From the NCBI GenBank assembly GCA_963749075.1, contig CAVVLJ010000017.1, forward strand, positions 352,001-416,000: DNA of 64,000 bases, in the 5' to 3' direction. Of the stretch, positions 36,774-46,771 are shown in pieces. Source of the stretch: an uncultured Pseudomonadota bacterium (lineage in GTDB: Bacteria > Pseudomonadota > Alphaproteobacteria > JACZXZ01). The notes beneath the pieces were generated by a model. That model was not told where the DNA came from, searched no databases, and was given only the letters and a program-made list of their open reading frames with translations. The position numbers were made by a program, and so were the translations under genes. Each line of letters starts with the position of its first letter. Position 1 is the stretch's first letter.

Positions 36774-39654
36774 ATGGGGGCCCTGGACAACCTCGAGCCC
36801 GCCGTAGAATTCGGTCGCTTCCACATGCTGCGGCGGCAGAGGGAGCTGCTGATCGACGGCAAAGCGGTCGAGCTGGGCACGCGCGCATTCGATATCCTGA
36901 CGGTGCTCATCGAGGCGCGCGGCGCGCTCGTCACCAAGGACGAGCTCTTGAAGCGGGTCTGGCCGAGCACGGTCATCGAGGAGAACACGCTCCAGAGCCA
37001 TGTCCATGCCCTGCGCCGGGCGCTTGGCAAGGACCGCAATCTCATCCTGACCGAATCCGGCCGCGGCTACCGCTTCGTCGGCGAGATCAATTCACCGCCC
37101 GCGGAAAAGGCCGCCTTGCCCGAGCCCAAGCTCGCGGTCCCGGCGGCAGCGCCTCGCGGCGCGCCGCAGACCAACTTGCCGCTGATCGTCTCCGAGCTGA
37201 TCGGCCGCGAGACCGAGCTCGCCGAGGTGCTCGATCTCGTCGGCGCGCACCGCCTGGTGACCTTGACGGGTGCCGGCGGCATCGGCAAGACGCGGCTCGC
37301 GCTCGAGGCCGCGCGGCGTCTCTTGCCCGGCCTTCCCGACGGGGTGTGGCTCGCCGAGCTGGCGCCGCTCTCCGACCCCAAGCTCGTGCCGGTCACCGTT
37401 GCCTCGGCACTCGGCCTCGAGCTCAAGGCGACGCAGGCGTTCGTCAAGCGGGCGGCGGCCGCCTTGAGCGGAAAGCAGCTGATCATCCTGCTCGACAATT
37501 GCGAGCACGTCGTCGAGGTGACGGCGCACATCGCCGAGACGCTGCTGCACGCCGTAGCAGGCGTGCGCGTCCTGGCGACCAGCCGGGAGCCGTTGGGCGC
37601 CGAGGGCGAGTTCAGCTACCGCGTGCCGCCGCTCGAGATACCGCCCCTTGGCGCCCGCGGGGCGGAGGACGCGCTGCGCTACGGCTCGGTCCAGCTCTTC
37701 GTCGCGCGCGCGCGGGCGACCGATCCGCATTTTGCGCTGGACGACCGCGCGGCGGCGACCGTGGGGGCCATCTGCCGCCGCCTCGACGGCATCCCGCTCG
37801 CCCTCGAGCTTGCCGCCGCACGCACCGCGGTGCTGGGGATCAACGGGCTGGCGACACTGCTCAACGACAGCTTCCGGCTGCTGGCAAGCGGACGCCGCAC
37901 GGGATTGCCCCGCCACAAGACCCTGCATGCCACCTTCGAATGGAGCTACGGCCTGCTCGCCGATGCCGAGCGCGTCGTGCTGCGGCGCCTCGCGGTCTTT
38001 GCCGGCGGCTTCACCCTGGAAGCGGCCGGTGCGGTCGTCACCGACGGCGACATCGCCGCGGCGGAGGCGGTCGAGCGGGTCACGGACCTCATCGCCAAGT
38101 CGCTGGTCACCGCGGACGTCGGTGGCAGCGTCGCGCGCTATCGCCTGCTCGAGACGACGCGCGGCTACGCCCTCGAGAAGCTCGCCGAGAGCGGCGAGCT
38201 CGAGGCGCTGGCGCGCCGGCATGCGGATTACTACCGGAGCTTCTTCGAGCGCGCGGAGGCCGACTGGGAGAAGATGCGGACGGCCGACTGGTTGATCGCC
38301 TGCGCCCCCGAGATCGACAACGTGCGCACCGCCCTCGCCTGGGCCTTCGGGCCGGGCGGCGACGTTCTCGATCGGGGTCGCGCTCACCGCGGCCTCGGCC
38401 ACGCTCTGGCTGCAGCTGTCGCTGCTGGACGAATGCCGCCAGCATGTCGAGCGGGCGCTCGTCAGCCTCGACGCCGCGTCGGGCCGCTGGACGCATCATG
38501 AGATGCTGCTCCAGGCGGCGCTCGCGCTCTCGCTGATGCACACCAAAGGGCCCGTAGACGAGACCGCGGCGGCCTGGACCAGAGCGCTCGAGCTGGCGGA
38601 GAGCCTCGATCACGCCGAATATCGCCTGCGCGCGACCTACGGATTATGGCTCTACCGCCTGACGATCGGCGAGTATCGCATCGCGCTCGCGCTGGTCCAT
38701 ATGTTCAGAGCGCGCGCCGACAACGACAGCGATCCCGGCGAGCTCCCGACCGGACTCGGCATGACCGGCATCTCGTTGCATTATCTCGGCGATCAGGTCA
38801 ACGCGCGGGCGCATATCGAGCGCATGCTCGCCCGCTCGGCACCGAGCTACCACCGCTCGCTGGCGGTCCGCTTCGGCCTCGATCAGCGCGTGGGCGCGCT
38901 GGTTCACTTGGCGCACATCCTGTGGCTCCAGGGCTTCCCCGATCAGGCCAGGCGCGTGGCCCTTGCCGGCGTCGATGAGGCGCGCATGGCCGACCACGTC
39001 ACCTCGATCTGCTTCGCGCTGGCCAACGGCGCCTGTCCCCTAGGGATCCTGACCGGCGATCTCCCGGCCGCGGAACGGCTGGTGGCGATGCTCATCGAGC
39101 TCGCGGAGAAGCATGCCCTGGGCGTTTGGCAGGCCTACGGCATCGCCTTGAGCGGTTGGGTCTCCGCCAAACGCGGCAGCACGGCCGAGGGCGTGCGGCT
39201 CCTCGGCGCCGGCCTGCGCGCCATCCGCAAGACGCGCTTCGCGCAACGCTTGACCATGTACCTCGGCGGCCTGGCGGAGGCGCTCGGCGAGGCCGGGCAG
39301 ATTGCCGAGGGGCTGGCCACGATCGATGAGTCGCTGCGGCGCTCGGAGCGCAATGACGAGCGCTGGAACTTCGTCGAGCTCCTGCGCATCAAGGGCGAGC
39401 TCCTGCGCCGCCGCGCCGCCGCCGCTCCGGGAGCTGCGGAGGAGATCCTCATGCAAGCCCTCTCGCGCGCGCGCCGCCAGGGCGCCCTCTCCTGGGAGCT
39501 GCGCACGGCCATGAGCCTTGCCCGGCTGCGGCGCGACGACGGCCGCATCGCAGAGGCGCGCGAGCTTCTGGCGCCCATCTACGGCCGCTTCACCGAGGGC
39601 TTCGAGACCGCCGATCTTAGCGCGGCACAAGCGCTCATGCGCGAGCTGCGATAG
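36774..39654 (+). CDS. Winged-helix (Trans_reg_C)-STAND/NB-ARC ATPase-TPR transcriptional regulator, frameshifted near 38365
   Basis: VTKDELL.RVWP...EENTL..HV.ALRR..GRGYRF; GAGGIGKT, LLDNCEH, LATSRE, ICRRLDGIPLALELAA; C-terminal ELR.A.SLARL..FTEGFETADL in the +1 frame. Confidence 0.88.
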
Positions 39655-40771
39655 CGCATTGCGGCCGCCGCTCGCCCGTGCGCTCGCCCGTGCGGAAGCG
39701 CTCGCGCACCTCCTCGCGGGCGTCGCGGTCGAGGTAGTGGGCGCCGAGTGCGGCGAGCGCTGCGATGAGGATGCCCGAAGCGCGCTTCTCGTCGCCGTAG
39801 CGCGCGGCCGAGGCCGTCTGCTGCCAGCACCATTCCTTGACCGTGCGCTCGTGGCCGACGCAGGCATAGACGATGGAGCCCGGCGGCCGGCCGAGGCCGC
39901 CGAGCGCCTTGAGCGCGTCCCAGAGCGCGTCGCCGGCCTCGATCTGCACCTCGGCGCGCCGCGGCTCGGCGTCCATGCTGCCGTCGACCTTGAGCTCGAG
40001 GGACGCCGCATGCAGGCGCTCGAGGCCGGCCACCGCGAAGTCGCGGCGGAACTGGTGCGCCGCGCGCAAAGCCATGCCGTCGATCATGCCGTCGCGCGCC
40101 ATGCGGATCCAGCGGTCGGCGACGCGCTGCGGCCGGCTCTCGGGCCCGCACTCGTCGAAGGGTGCTCGCGGCAGGGCCAGCACCTCGTCGTGGCGCTGGC
40201 GCTCGCGGGTGGCACGGAGTGCTGCCCCCTCCTCCGCGGCGCGCAGCGCCGCCGCCTCCTGCGCCCTTCTCGCGGCGAGCTCCTGGCGTTTCGCGCGCGC
40301 CGCGGCCTTGAGCCGCATCTTGAGCGCCGGCGGCGCGGCGCGGCGCTCCTCGGTCACCTCGACGACCTGCGGCCCGCCGGCCCCGGCCTCGAGGCGGAAG
40401 AGGCGCACGCTGTCGCCCTCGCGCCATTCGAAGAGCCCCGGCACGTCGAGGCGCGGTGCCGCGAGGAGCGGGCGGCCGGCGCCGTCGCGCCCGACGACGA
40501 TCGCGCCGGGCTCCGGCCGGGCGCTGCCGGCAGGGCGGCGGGCCGCCGCCGCGGCGCCGCTCATGCCATCGCTCACGGAAGCGCTCCCCAGCGCTGCGGG
40601 GCGCGTGCGCAGTCGGCGGCGAAGCGGGAAGAGGCGCGGGAGGGCGGCCGGGGAGGTCGAGCCGCCGCTCCCGCTACGGGCGCGAGCTTGGGCGATGGGG
40701 CACCTCGCGACCCGATGGTCCGTTTGGCGGCAGTCTTGTCGGTCTTGCGCCGGAGAGACATGGCCTGGCAT
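39635..40771 (-). CDS. DUF6456-like (phage late/GTA GafZ-like) protein; start uncertain (40771 or 40564)
   Basis: C-terminal G.I....RAA.QFRRDF..AG..., ALKALGG, VYACVG.E.TVKEW, GILIAALAAL..HY resembles DUF6456. Confidence 0.6.
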   Translation of the reverse strand: MPGHVSPAQDRQDCRQTDHRVARCPIAQARARSGSGGSTSPAALPRLFPLRRRLRTRPAALGSASVSDGMSGAAAAARRPAGSARPEPGAIVVGRDGAGRPLLAAPRLDVPGLFEWREGDSVRLFRLEAGAGGPQVVEVTEERRAAPPALKMRLKAAARAKRQELAARRAQEAAALRAAEEGAALRATRERQRHDEVLALPRAPFDECGPESRPQRVADRWIRMARDGMIDGMALRAAHQFRRDFAVAGLERLHAASLELKVDGSMDAEPRRAEVQIEAGDALWDALKALGGLGRPPGSIVYACVGHERTVKEWCWQQTASAARYGDEKRASGILIAALAALGAHYLDRDAREEVRERFRTGERTGERRPQCAIAARA

Positions 40772-40804
40772 GCCGCGGAAGAATTCAAGGGATGTTTCGC
40801 AGAG

Positions 40805-40882
40805 ACGATACATTACGTATCGCTCCGTGTCAATACGCATAGTATCGTACAAGCCCCGCCGGCGCCGCTACAATTTGTATCG
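40805..40882. promoter_or_regulatory. Divergent promoters with three 17-bp operators (CGATAC-N5-GTATCG)
   Basis: Operators at 40806-40822, 40831-40847, 40866-40882; leftward TTGACA(40833-40828)-N17-TATCGT; rightward TACAAT at 40869-40874 just before the repressor ATG. Confidence 0.8.
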
Positions 40883-41380
40883 ATGGCGCAACGTCCGCAT
40901 GACCGGCTCCGCGAGGCACGGGAGGGTGCCGGCTATCCGACCGCCGCCGCCTTCGCCAAGAGCCACGATCTGCCGGAGAGCACCTACCGCAGCCACGAGA
41001 ACGGCGCGCGCGGCCTGACGCTGCCCTCGGCGCGGCTCTATGCCGATCTCCTGGGCGTGCCGTGGACCTGGCTCATGACCGGGGAGGCGGCCGCCGCGGC
41101 GGACGGCAGCGAGGGGCCGCCGCGCACGGGCAAGGGTGCTTCGCCGCGTCCGACGCCGCCCGCGCGCCGCGCGCGCATCGACATCGAGGTGCTCTCTGCC
41201 ATCATCGAGCGCGTCGAGGCCAACCTCGCGCGCCGCCGCCGCACCATGAGCCCGCTGCACAAGGGCGAGCTCATCGCCAACAGCTACGCGCTGGTCGAGG
41301 AGCTCGGCCTCGAGGCCGCCACGCGGGCGCTGCGCACGGGCTTGCGCGTGCGCAAGCACTCCCAGGCCCAGAGCGCCTGA
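40883..41380 (+). CDS. XRE-family (phage repressor-like) HTH protein
   Basis: DRLREARE.AGY.TAAAFA....PESTYRSHENGARG...YA..LGV.W.WLMTGE; no SD, probably leaderless. Confidence 0.88.
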   Translation: MAQRPHDRLREAREGAGYPTAAAFAKSHDLPESTYRSHENGARGLTLPSARLYADLLGVPWTWLMTGEAAAAADGSEGPPRTGKGASPRPTPPARRARIDIEVLSAIIERVEANLARRRRTMSPLHKGELIANSYALVEELGLEAATRALRTGLRVRKHSQAQSA

Positions 41381-41557
41381 GCCCGCCCCCGGAGCGCCCC
41401 CGCCGGCAACCGCCGCACCGCCCGCAGCCGCCCGCGCGGGGCCGCTTGCCGCGCTTCGCATGGCCGCGCCGGCCGCACGGTGCTCGACGTGCGCGCCTCG
41501 CGCCGGAAGGCTGCAAGAGACCGGGTTTCTCGTCCTTCACACGCGAGAAAATGTAAC

Positions 41558-41697
41558 TTGACGCAATCGTAGCGTGTATATTAGCCTCGTATATCCCCCG
41601 CGGTAGTGGGGGTGGGCTGCTGGCAACAGCCCACCAGCGCGGTCCGCCCCGCGCTCAACCAGAAAGCGCTGCCCACCCGCTGGGGTACCCCAGCGGG
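41558..41697 (+). other. Promoter-like site followed by a four-hairpin array (possible structured RNA or leader)
   Basis: TTGACG-N18-TAGCCT, then hairpins at 41595-41612, 41611-41635, 41636-41655 and a perfect 22-bp palindrome at 41676-41697. Confidence 0.45.
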
Positions 41698-41719
41698 CTC
41701 AGCCTAGCACAGGCGCACC

Positions 41720-42148
41720 ATGGGGTTCATTGACGGGGAGAAACGGGCACCGCCGAGGCGGCTGGCGTGCGTCGTCGCGGGCGAGGCGGGCCGCGAGAGG
41801 GCGCAAGCCATCCATGCCTTCAAGCAGGCGATCGACGCGCTGTTCGAGGCGGACTCGGCCGAGCGCGCCCCCTCCGCGGTCAGGCGCCTCCTCGCCATCG
41901 CACAGCGTCCCTCGCTCAGATTGGCCGCGCTCGACGGGCATCTCCTCTCCCCGCACCTCGCTCCCGGCCGGGCCGTGGTCCAGGCACTCGCCTCGGCCGG
42001 CATCGAGCGGCGCCTCGCCCGGCGTCCGCCGTCGGCCGCCTTCGCGGCCGTGCGCGGCGAGGCGGCGCCGCGCGGCGAGGGCCGCTCGAGCTTCCCGGCG
42101 GGCGCCGCGGAGGGGGCCGAGCTCGGCCGCCTCGTCACCTCCTGCTGA
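41720..42148 (+). CDS. Hypothetical protein
   Basis: 142-aa ORF with GC3-rich codons; no recognisable motif. Confidence 0.45.
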   Translation: MGFIDGEKRAPPRRLACVVAGEAGRERAQAIHAFKQAIDALFEADSAERAPSAVRRLLAIAQRPSLRLAALDGHLLSPHLAPGRAVVQALASAGIERRLARRPPSAAFAAVRGEAAPRGEGRSSFPAGAAEGAELGRLVTSC

Positions 42149-42164
42149 CGCCGCGGGCCCGGGG

Positions 42165-42223
42165 CGATACGGCGCGTCTCTTGACACGCATCGTATTGCA
42201 ACGTTAAGATACGGTATGTATCG
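42165..42223 (+). promoter_or_regulatory. Sigma70-like promoter overlapped by three more operator copies
   Basis: TTGACA(42181)-N18-TAAGAT; operators at 42165-42181 (weak), 42182-42198, 42207-42223. Confidence 0.72.
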
Positions 42224-42509
42224 TGCGCATCGGCGCGCGGGAGATCGCGGCATGGCCCTCGGCGAGCGGGACGGGCTCCGCGGCGCAGACGCGGCGCTGG
42301 CGCCCGCGGCAGCCGATGCGGCACCGCCCGAGGCCCCTTGCGCCGTCTTCCATGCCGAGCTCATCGAAGGGCGCGGCTACCGAGCTCCGTTGGCACTCGA
42401 CGCGGTATCGCGCGGCGCCACAGCCGCCGAGGCCGCCCGCTACGCCGCCGCCCACGGTTACCGCCTCGGCGCCATCCGGCGCTGCGGCAAGGGGCGGCCT
42501 GCCGGTTGA
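42216..42509 (+). CDS. Small hypothetical protein
   Basis: ORF immediately downstream of the operator-covered promoter; start uncertain. Confidence 0.4.
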   Translation: MYRAHRRAGDRGMALGERDGLRGADAALAPAAADAAPPEAPCAVFHAELIEGRGYRAPLALDAVSRGATAAEAARYAAAHGYRLGAIRRCGKGRPAG

Positions 42510-42579
42510 GGCGCCCCCGCCATGGACCGTGCGGCTGCCGTGCGGCATGATCGGCCGCACGCAAGGGCGAGGGGGGACG

Positions 42580-44085
42580 ATGGCCGAGAAGCCTTACGTG
42601 CTCGCGATCGACCAGGGCACCACAAGCACGCGGGCGATGCTCTTCGACCGCGGCGGCCGGCCGCAGGCGGTTGCCCAGAAGGAGCTCGCGCAGAGCTATC
42701 CCGCACCCGGCTGGGTCGAGCACGACCCGGAGGAGATCTGGAGCAGCACGCTCGAGGTGTGCCGCCGCGTGCTCGCCGAGCGCCGCCTCACGGCGCACGA
42801 GGTGGCGGCACTCGGCATCACCAACCAGCGCGAGACCACGGTCCTCTGGGAGCGCGCGAGCGGGCGGCCGCTGCACAACGCCATCGTGTGGCAGGACCGG
42901 CGCACCGCCGAGGCCTGCCGCAAGCTCGCGGCGGAGGGCTTAAGCGAGCTCGTCGCCGCCAGGACGGGCCTTCTCCTCGACCCTTATTTCTCCGCCACCA
43001 AGATCGCCTGGCTGCTCGACCATGTGCCAGGCGCCAGGGCGCGCGCGGAGCGGGGCGAGCTCGCCTGCGGCACCATCGACAGCTTCCTCCTGTGGCGGCT
43101 CACCGGCGGGCGCGTGCACGCGAGCGACGTGACCAACGCCTCGCGTACGCTCCTCCTCGACATCCACCGCGAGGCATGGGACGCCGAGCTCATGGCCGCA
43201 CTCGGCGTGCCGGCGGCCCTCCTCCCCCGCCTCCTCCCCAACGTCGCCGAGTTCGGCGAGTGCGAGCGCCACCTCTTCGGCGCCGCCATTCCCATCCGCG
43301 GCATGGCGGGCGACCAGCAGGCGGCGAGCGTGGGCCAGGCCTGCCTCGCGCCCGGCATGATCAAGGCGACCTACGGCACCGGCGCCTTCATCCTGCTCAA
43401 CACCGGCGCCGCAGCGCTCGCCTCGCGGCACCGGCTTTTGACCACCATCGCCTATCGCCTGGCCGACGGTCCCGTGCACTACGCCCTCGAGGGCAGCATC
43501 TTCGTCGCGGGTGCGGCGCTGCAATGGCTGCGCGACAAGCTCGCCCTCATCCGCCATGCCGGCGAGAGCGAGGGCCTGGCGACCGGCCTCGCGGACAACC
43601 GCGGGGTCTATCTCGTCCCCGCCTTCACCGGCCTGGGTGCCCCCTATTGGGACCCCGACGCGCGCGGCGCCCTGCTCGGCCTCACGCGCGACAGCGGCCC
43701 CGCCGAGCTCGCGCGCGCGGCGCTCGAGGCGGTCGCCTTCCAGACCCACGACCTCATGGCGGCGATGGCGGCGGACGGCGCCGGCCGTCCGACGGCGTTG
43801 CGCGTCGACGGCGGCATGGTACAGAACGACTGGCTCCTCCAGCTCCTCGCCGACGTCCTCGACCTGCCCGTGGCACGGCCGGCGGTCGCCGAGACGACGG
43901 CGCTGGGGGCTGCCTATCTCGCCGGACTGGGCAGCGGCTTCTTCGCCTCGGCCGGCGAGATCGCCGCGAACTGGCGGAGCAACCGCCTCTTCGAGCCGCG
44001 CATGTCCGGCGAGCGCCGCGCGGAGCTGCTCGAGGGCTGGCGCCGCGCGGTTGCCGCCGTGCGCGCCATGGCCGCCAGTCCCTGA
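42580..44085 (+). CDS. glpK: Glycerol kinase
   Basis: [61 protein letters not shown]. Confidence 0.97.
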   Translation: MAEKPYVLAIDQGTTSTRAMLFDRGGRPQAVAQKELAQSYPAPGWVEHDPEEIWSSTLEVCRRVLAERRLTAHEVAALGITNQRETTVLWERASGRPLHNAIVWQDRRTAEACRKLAAEGLSELVAARTGLLLDPYFSATKIAWLLDHVPGARARAERGELACGTIDSFLLWRLTGGRVHASDVTNASRTLLLDIHREAWDAELMAALGVPAALLPRLLPNVAEFGECERHLFGAAIPIRGMAGDQQAASVGQACLAPGMIKATYGTGAFILLNTGAAALASRHRLLTTIAYRLADGPVHYALEGSIFVAGAALQWLRDKLALIRHAGESEGLATGLADNRGVYLVPAFTGLGAPYWDPDARGALLGLTRDSGPAELARAALEAVAFQTHDLMAAMAADGAGRPTALRVDGGMVQNDWLLQLLADVLDLPVARPAVAETTALGAAYLAGLGSGFFASAGEIAANWRSNRLFEPRMSGERRAELLEGWRRAVAAVRAMAASP

Positions 44086-44104
44086 GTTCGGCCGGCACCT
44101 TAGC

Positions 44105-45352
44105 TCAGCCGGCACTCTCCCGCACCGCCGCCTCCTGCAGCCGCCCGGCCTGGGCGCCGACCGGCGTCATGCCGGTGGGATGGGCGAAGGCGCTCTTCTC
44201 CGCGGCCGGCACGCTCGGGCGCCGCGTCATGCGCCAGAGCGCGAAGAGGGCGAGGAGCAACGCCACGGCGGCCACGAAGACGAAGAGGCCGGGAGGACCC
44301 AGGCGGCCCATGAGGCTTGCGGCGAGGAGCGGCCCGGCGCTGGCGCCGATGCCCCAGGAGAGCAGCAGCCCGCCGCTCGCCTTGACCGTATCCTGCGGCT
44401 CGAGGAAGTCGTTGGCGTGCGACACGCCGAGCGGATAGATCGTGAAGGAGAAGCCGCCGTAAAGGCAGACAAGGGCGATGAGCGCGCGCTTGTCGTGCCC
44501 GGCGAGCGCTGCCATGCCGAGGCTGACGACGGCGGTCAAGAGCGCCAGTGCCACGATCACGTAGCGCCGGTCGAAGCGGTCCGAGAGGCGCCCGATAGGA
44601 TATTGGAAGAGCAGGCCGCTCGTCACCGCCGTGCCCATGAAATAGGACACCTCGCTCACCTTGAAACCGCTCGCTTGCGCGAAGACGGCGCCCATGCCGT
44701 AGAGCGAGGAGGTGATGAGCCCCGAGGCCACGCAAGCGAGGATGCCGAGCGGCGAGACGCGGTAGAGTGCCCGGAAGTTGAGCCTCGAGGTCGCGACCGA
44801 CTGGGGCGAGGCGGCGCTGGTGAGTGCCAGAGGGATGAGCGAGGCCGAATAGAGCAGTGCTGCGATCATGAAGAAGTCGCGGCTCCTGGGATCGTAGAGA
44901 TTGAGGAGGAGCTGGCCCGCGCCGAGTGCGGTGTAGCTCACCATCATGTAGAGCGAGAAGAGCTGGCCGCGCCGCTGCGCGCCTACGCGCGCGTTGAGCC
45001 AGCTCTCGACCACCATGAACAGGCCGGCGAAGCAGAAGCCGAGGACGCCCCGTATGACGCCCCACACCCAGGGCGAGATGAAGAAGCCGGCGACGAGCGC
45101 CAAGGTCGAGACCATGGCGGCAAAGGCGCTGAAGGCGCGGATGTGGCCGACCCGGTCGATGATGCGGTGGCAGCTCCGCGCCCCCACCACGAGGCCCACG
45201 TAATAGGCCGACATGATGAGGCCGGTCACCTCGGTGGGGAAGCCCTCGAGCGACATGCGCAGCGAGAGGAAGGTGCCGAAGAGGCCGTTCCCCATATTGA
45301 GGATGGCGACGCCCAGGAGAAGGGCCGCGACCGACGCCAGGATCGACAGCAT
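44105..45352 (-). CDS. MFS transporter (YcaD-like)
   Basis: GNGLFGT, RVGHIRAF, VESWLN, QYPIGRLSDRFDRR, HAND; about 12 TMs. Confidence 0.9.
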   Translation of the reverse strand: MLSILASVAALLLGVAILNMGNGLFGTFLSLRMSLEGFPTEVTGLIMSAYYVGLVVGARSCHRIIDRVGHIRAFSAFAAMVSTLALVAGFFISPWVWGVIRGVLGFCFAGLFMVVESWLNARVGAQRRGQLFSLYMMVSYTALGAGQLLLNLYDPRSRDFFMIAALLYSASLIPLALTSAASPQSVATSRLNFRALYRVSPLGILACVASGLITSSLYGMGAVFAQASGFKVSEVSYFMGTAVTSGLLFQYPIGRLSDRFDRRYVIVALALLTAVVSLGMAALAGHDKRALIALVCLYGGFSFTIYPLGVSHANDFLEPQDTVKASGGLLLSWGIGASAGPLLAASLMGRLGPPGLFVFVAAVALLLALFALWRMTRRPSVPAAEKSAFAHPTGMTPVGAQAGRLQEAAVRESAG

Positions 45353-45533
45353 CAGGCTCTCCGCAATGGTCTTCCGGCGCGGTCGGACGGGCGCCCCGTC
45401 GGCACGGCGCCCTCTTATGCCAGAAGCACGCGGCGCTTTGCCAGCTGCGACACGGCGTCTACTCGCCATCATTGAAGCGTGAGGCACCCCCTCCCCCTCG
45501 ATCCGCTTCGCGGCCCGAGCCCCCTTCAAGGGG

Positions 45534-45774
45534 CTATGGCATTCACACATCTCGAGGAAGCTTGCAGAGCCATCGTGGGTCCTTCGAGACGCGCCCCTTC
45601 GGGGCGCTCCTCAGGATGAGGAAAATTTGTATGTGGCACAAAGACTTAACCTCATCCTGAGGAGCGAGCGTAGCGAGCGTCTCGAAGGACCCGCCGTAGC
45701 CGGTCCGAGGCTCCCTTTGCAAAGCGCAACACCATGATTTGCCGACGGTCTTCGGGTTTGTGTGAATCCCGTAG
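45534..45774. mobile_element. 241-bp MITE, copy 2
   Basis: Same TIRs as copy 1; 10-bp TSD CTTCAAGGGG at 45524-45533 and 45775-45784. Confidence 0.92.
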
Positions 45775-46156
45775 CTTCAAGGGGGAGGGAGTATTTTGTT
45801 GTCTTGCCATACAGTTCCCCTCCCCCCTTGAGGGGGAGGGTTAGGGTGGGGGGTGCGCCGGGCGCGGCGGCGGCGATTAAGCCGACAAGGACGTTCTCGT
45901 CGCTCATCGAGGTCGGCTGCCGGCTCTCCTGAGCGGAGCGCGCGGGTGCGCGCCGGCGATGGGTGACCATCTCGTCGTGGAGCTCGCGCACCGCGGAGCT
46001 CGCGGTCGTCACGAAGAGGCAGGGGATGAGCGCATGGACGAGGCACGCACCGCCCGCCCGCGCGAGCCGCCACGCGAAGGAGGCGGCCATGCGCAGATGC
46101 TCGAGATAGCTCTCGTCAACGGAGCGCGGATGCGCAAGGAAGAGTCTGTCGATCAC
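45611..46156 (-). CDS. DUF6356-like small protein whose frame runs into REP/MITE sequence
   Basis: LFLAHPRSVDESYLEH..MA..F...L..AGGACLVHALIPCLFVTTAS; divergent from Lrp gene. Confidence 0.7.
   Translation of the reverse strand: MIDRLFLAHPRSVDESYLEHLRMAASFAWRLARAGGACLVHALIPCLFVTTASSAVRELHDEMVTHRRRAPARSAQESRQPTSMSDENVLVGLIAAAAPGAPPTLTLPLKGGGELYGKTTKYSLPLEATGFTQTRRPSANHGVALCKGSLGPATAGPSRRSLRSLLRMRLSLCATYKFSSS
45775..45853. repeat. REP-like hairpins (CCCACCCTAACCCTCCCCCTCAAGGGGG type)
   Basis: cccctccccccttgagggggagggttagggtggggg; the MITE sits in the partner hairpin. Confidence 0.65.
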
Positions 46157-46281
46157 TGAGGAGCCCCCCGGTCCGGTCAAGCAGCGCCTCATATGATATG
46201 CGAAGCCATGCGGTTTTTTCTCCCAAAATGCGATATGAATAGGCTCATTGTTGGGAAAATATCCCAGGAAGGCCCAGTTTC

Positions 46282-46764
46282 ATGGTCGAACTTGACCGCA
46301 TCGATCTGCGCATCCTCGGCTCGCTGCAGGCCGACGCCTCGCGCCCGATCGCCGAGCTTGCCGAGACGGCCGGCCTCTCGACCAATGCCTGCTGGCGCCG
46401 GGTGAAGCGCCTCGAGGAGACGGGCGTCATCTTGAAGCGCGTCGCACTCCTCGACCCGGCGAAGCTCGACTTGGGCGTCACCGTCTTCGTCGCCATCCGC
46501 ACGAGCCAGCACACCGAGGCCTGGCTCGAGGCCTTTGCCAAGGGCGTGGCACAGATCCCCGAGGTCGTCGAGTTCCACCGCATGAGCGGCGAGGTGGATT
46601 ACCTCTTGAAGGTGCTGGTCGCCGACATCGCCCACTACGACCGCGTCTACAAGCGCCTCATCAAGACGGCGAGCCTCACGGACGTGAGCTCGAGCTTCGC
46701 CATGGAGCAGATCAAATACACGACGGCCCTGCCGCTCGGCGAGGTCGAGCGCGGCGGGCGGTAG
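46282..46764 (+). CDS. Lrp/AsnC-family transcriptional regulator
   Basis: LDRIDLRIL..LQADA, GLSTNACWRRVKRLEE, EFHRMSGEVDYLLKV. Confidence 0.95.
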   Translation: MVELDRIDLRILGSLQADASRPIAELAETAGLSTNACWRRVKRLEETGVILKRVALLDPAKLDLGVTVFVAIRTSQHTEAWLEAFAKGVAQIPEVVEFHRMSGEVDYLLKVLVADIAHYDRVYKRLIKTASLTDVSSSFAMEQIKYTTALPLGEVERGGR

Positions 46765-46771
46765 CCCCGCC

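Noticed and set aside
36774-39654. STAND protein as an Avs-type anti-phage NLR
   Set aside because: N-terminal domain is a DNA-binding winged helix, not a nuclease/TIR/SIR2 effector; architecture matches transcriptional regulators
40573-40788. cro-like gene opposite the repressor
   Set aside because: The 71-aa ORF has no recognisable HTH pattern
39635-42509. Intact prophage
   Set aside because: No integrase, replication, terminase, capsid, tail or lysis genes in the window
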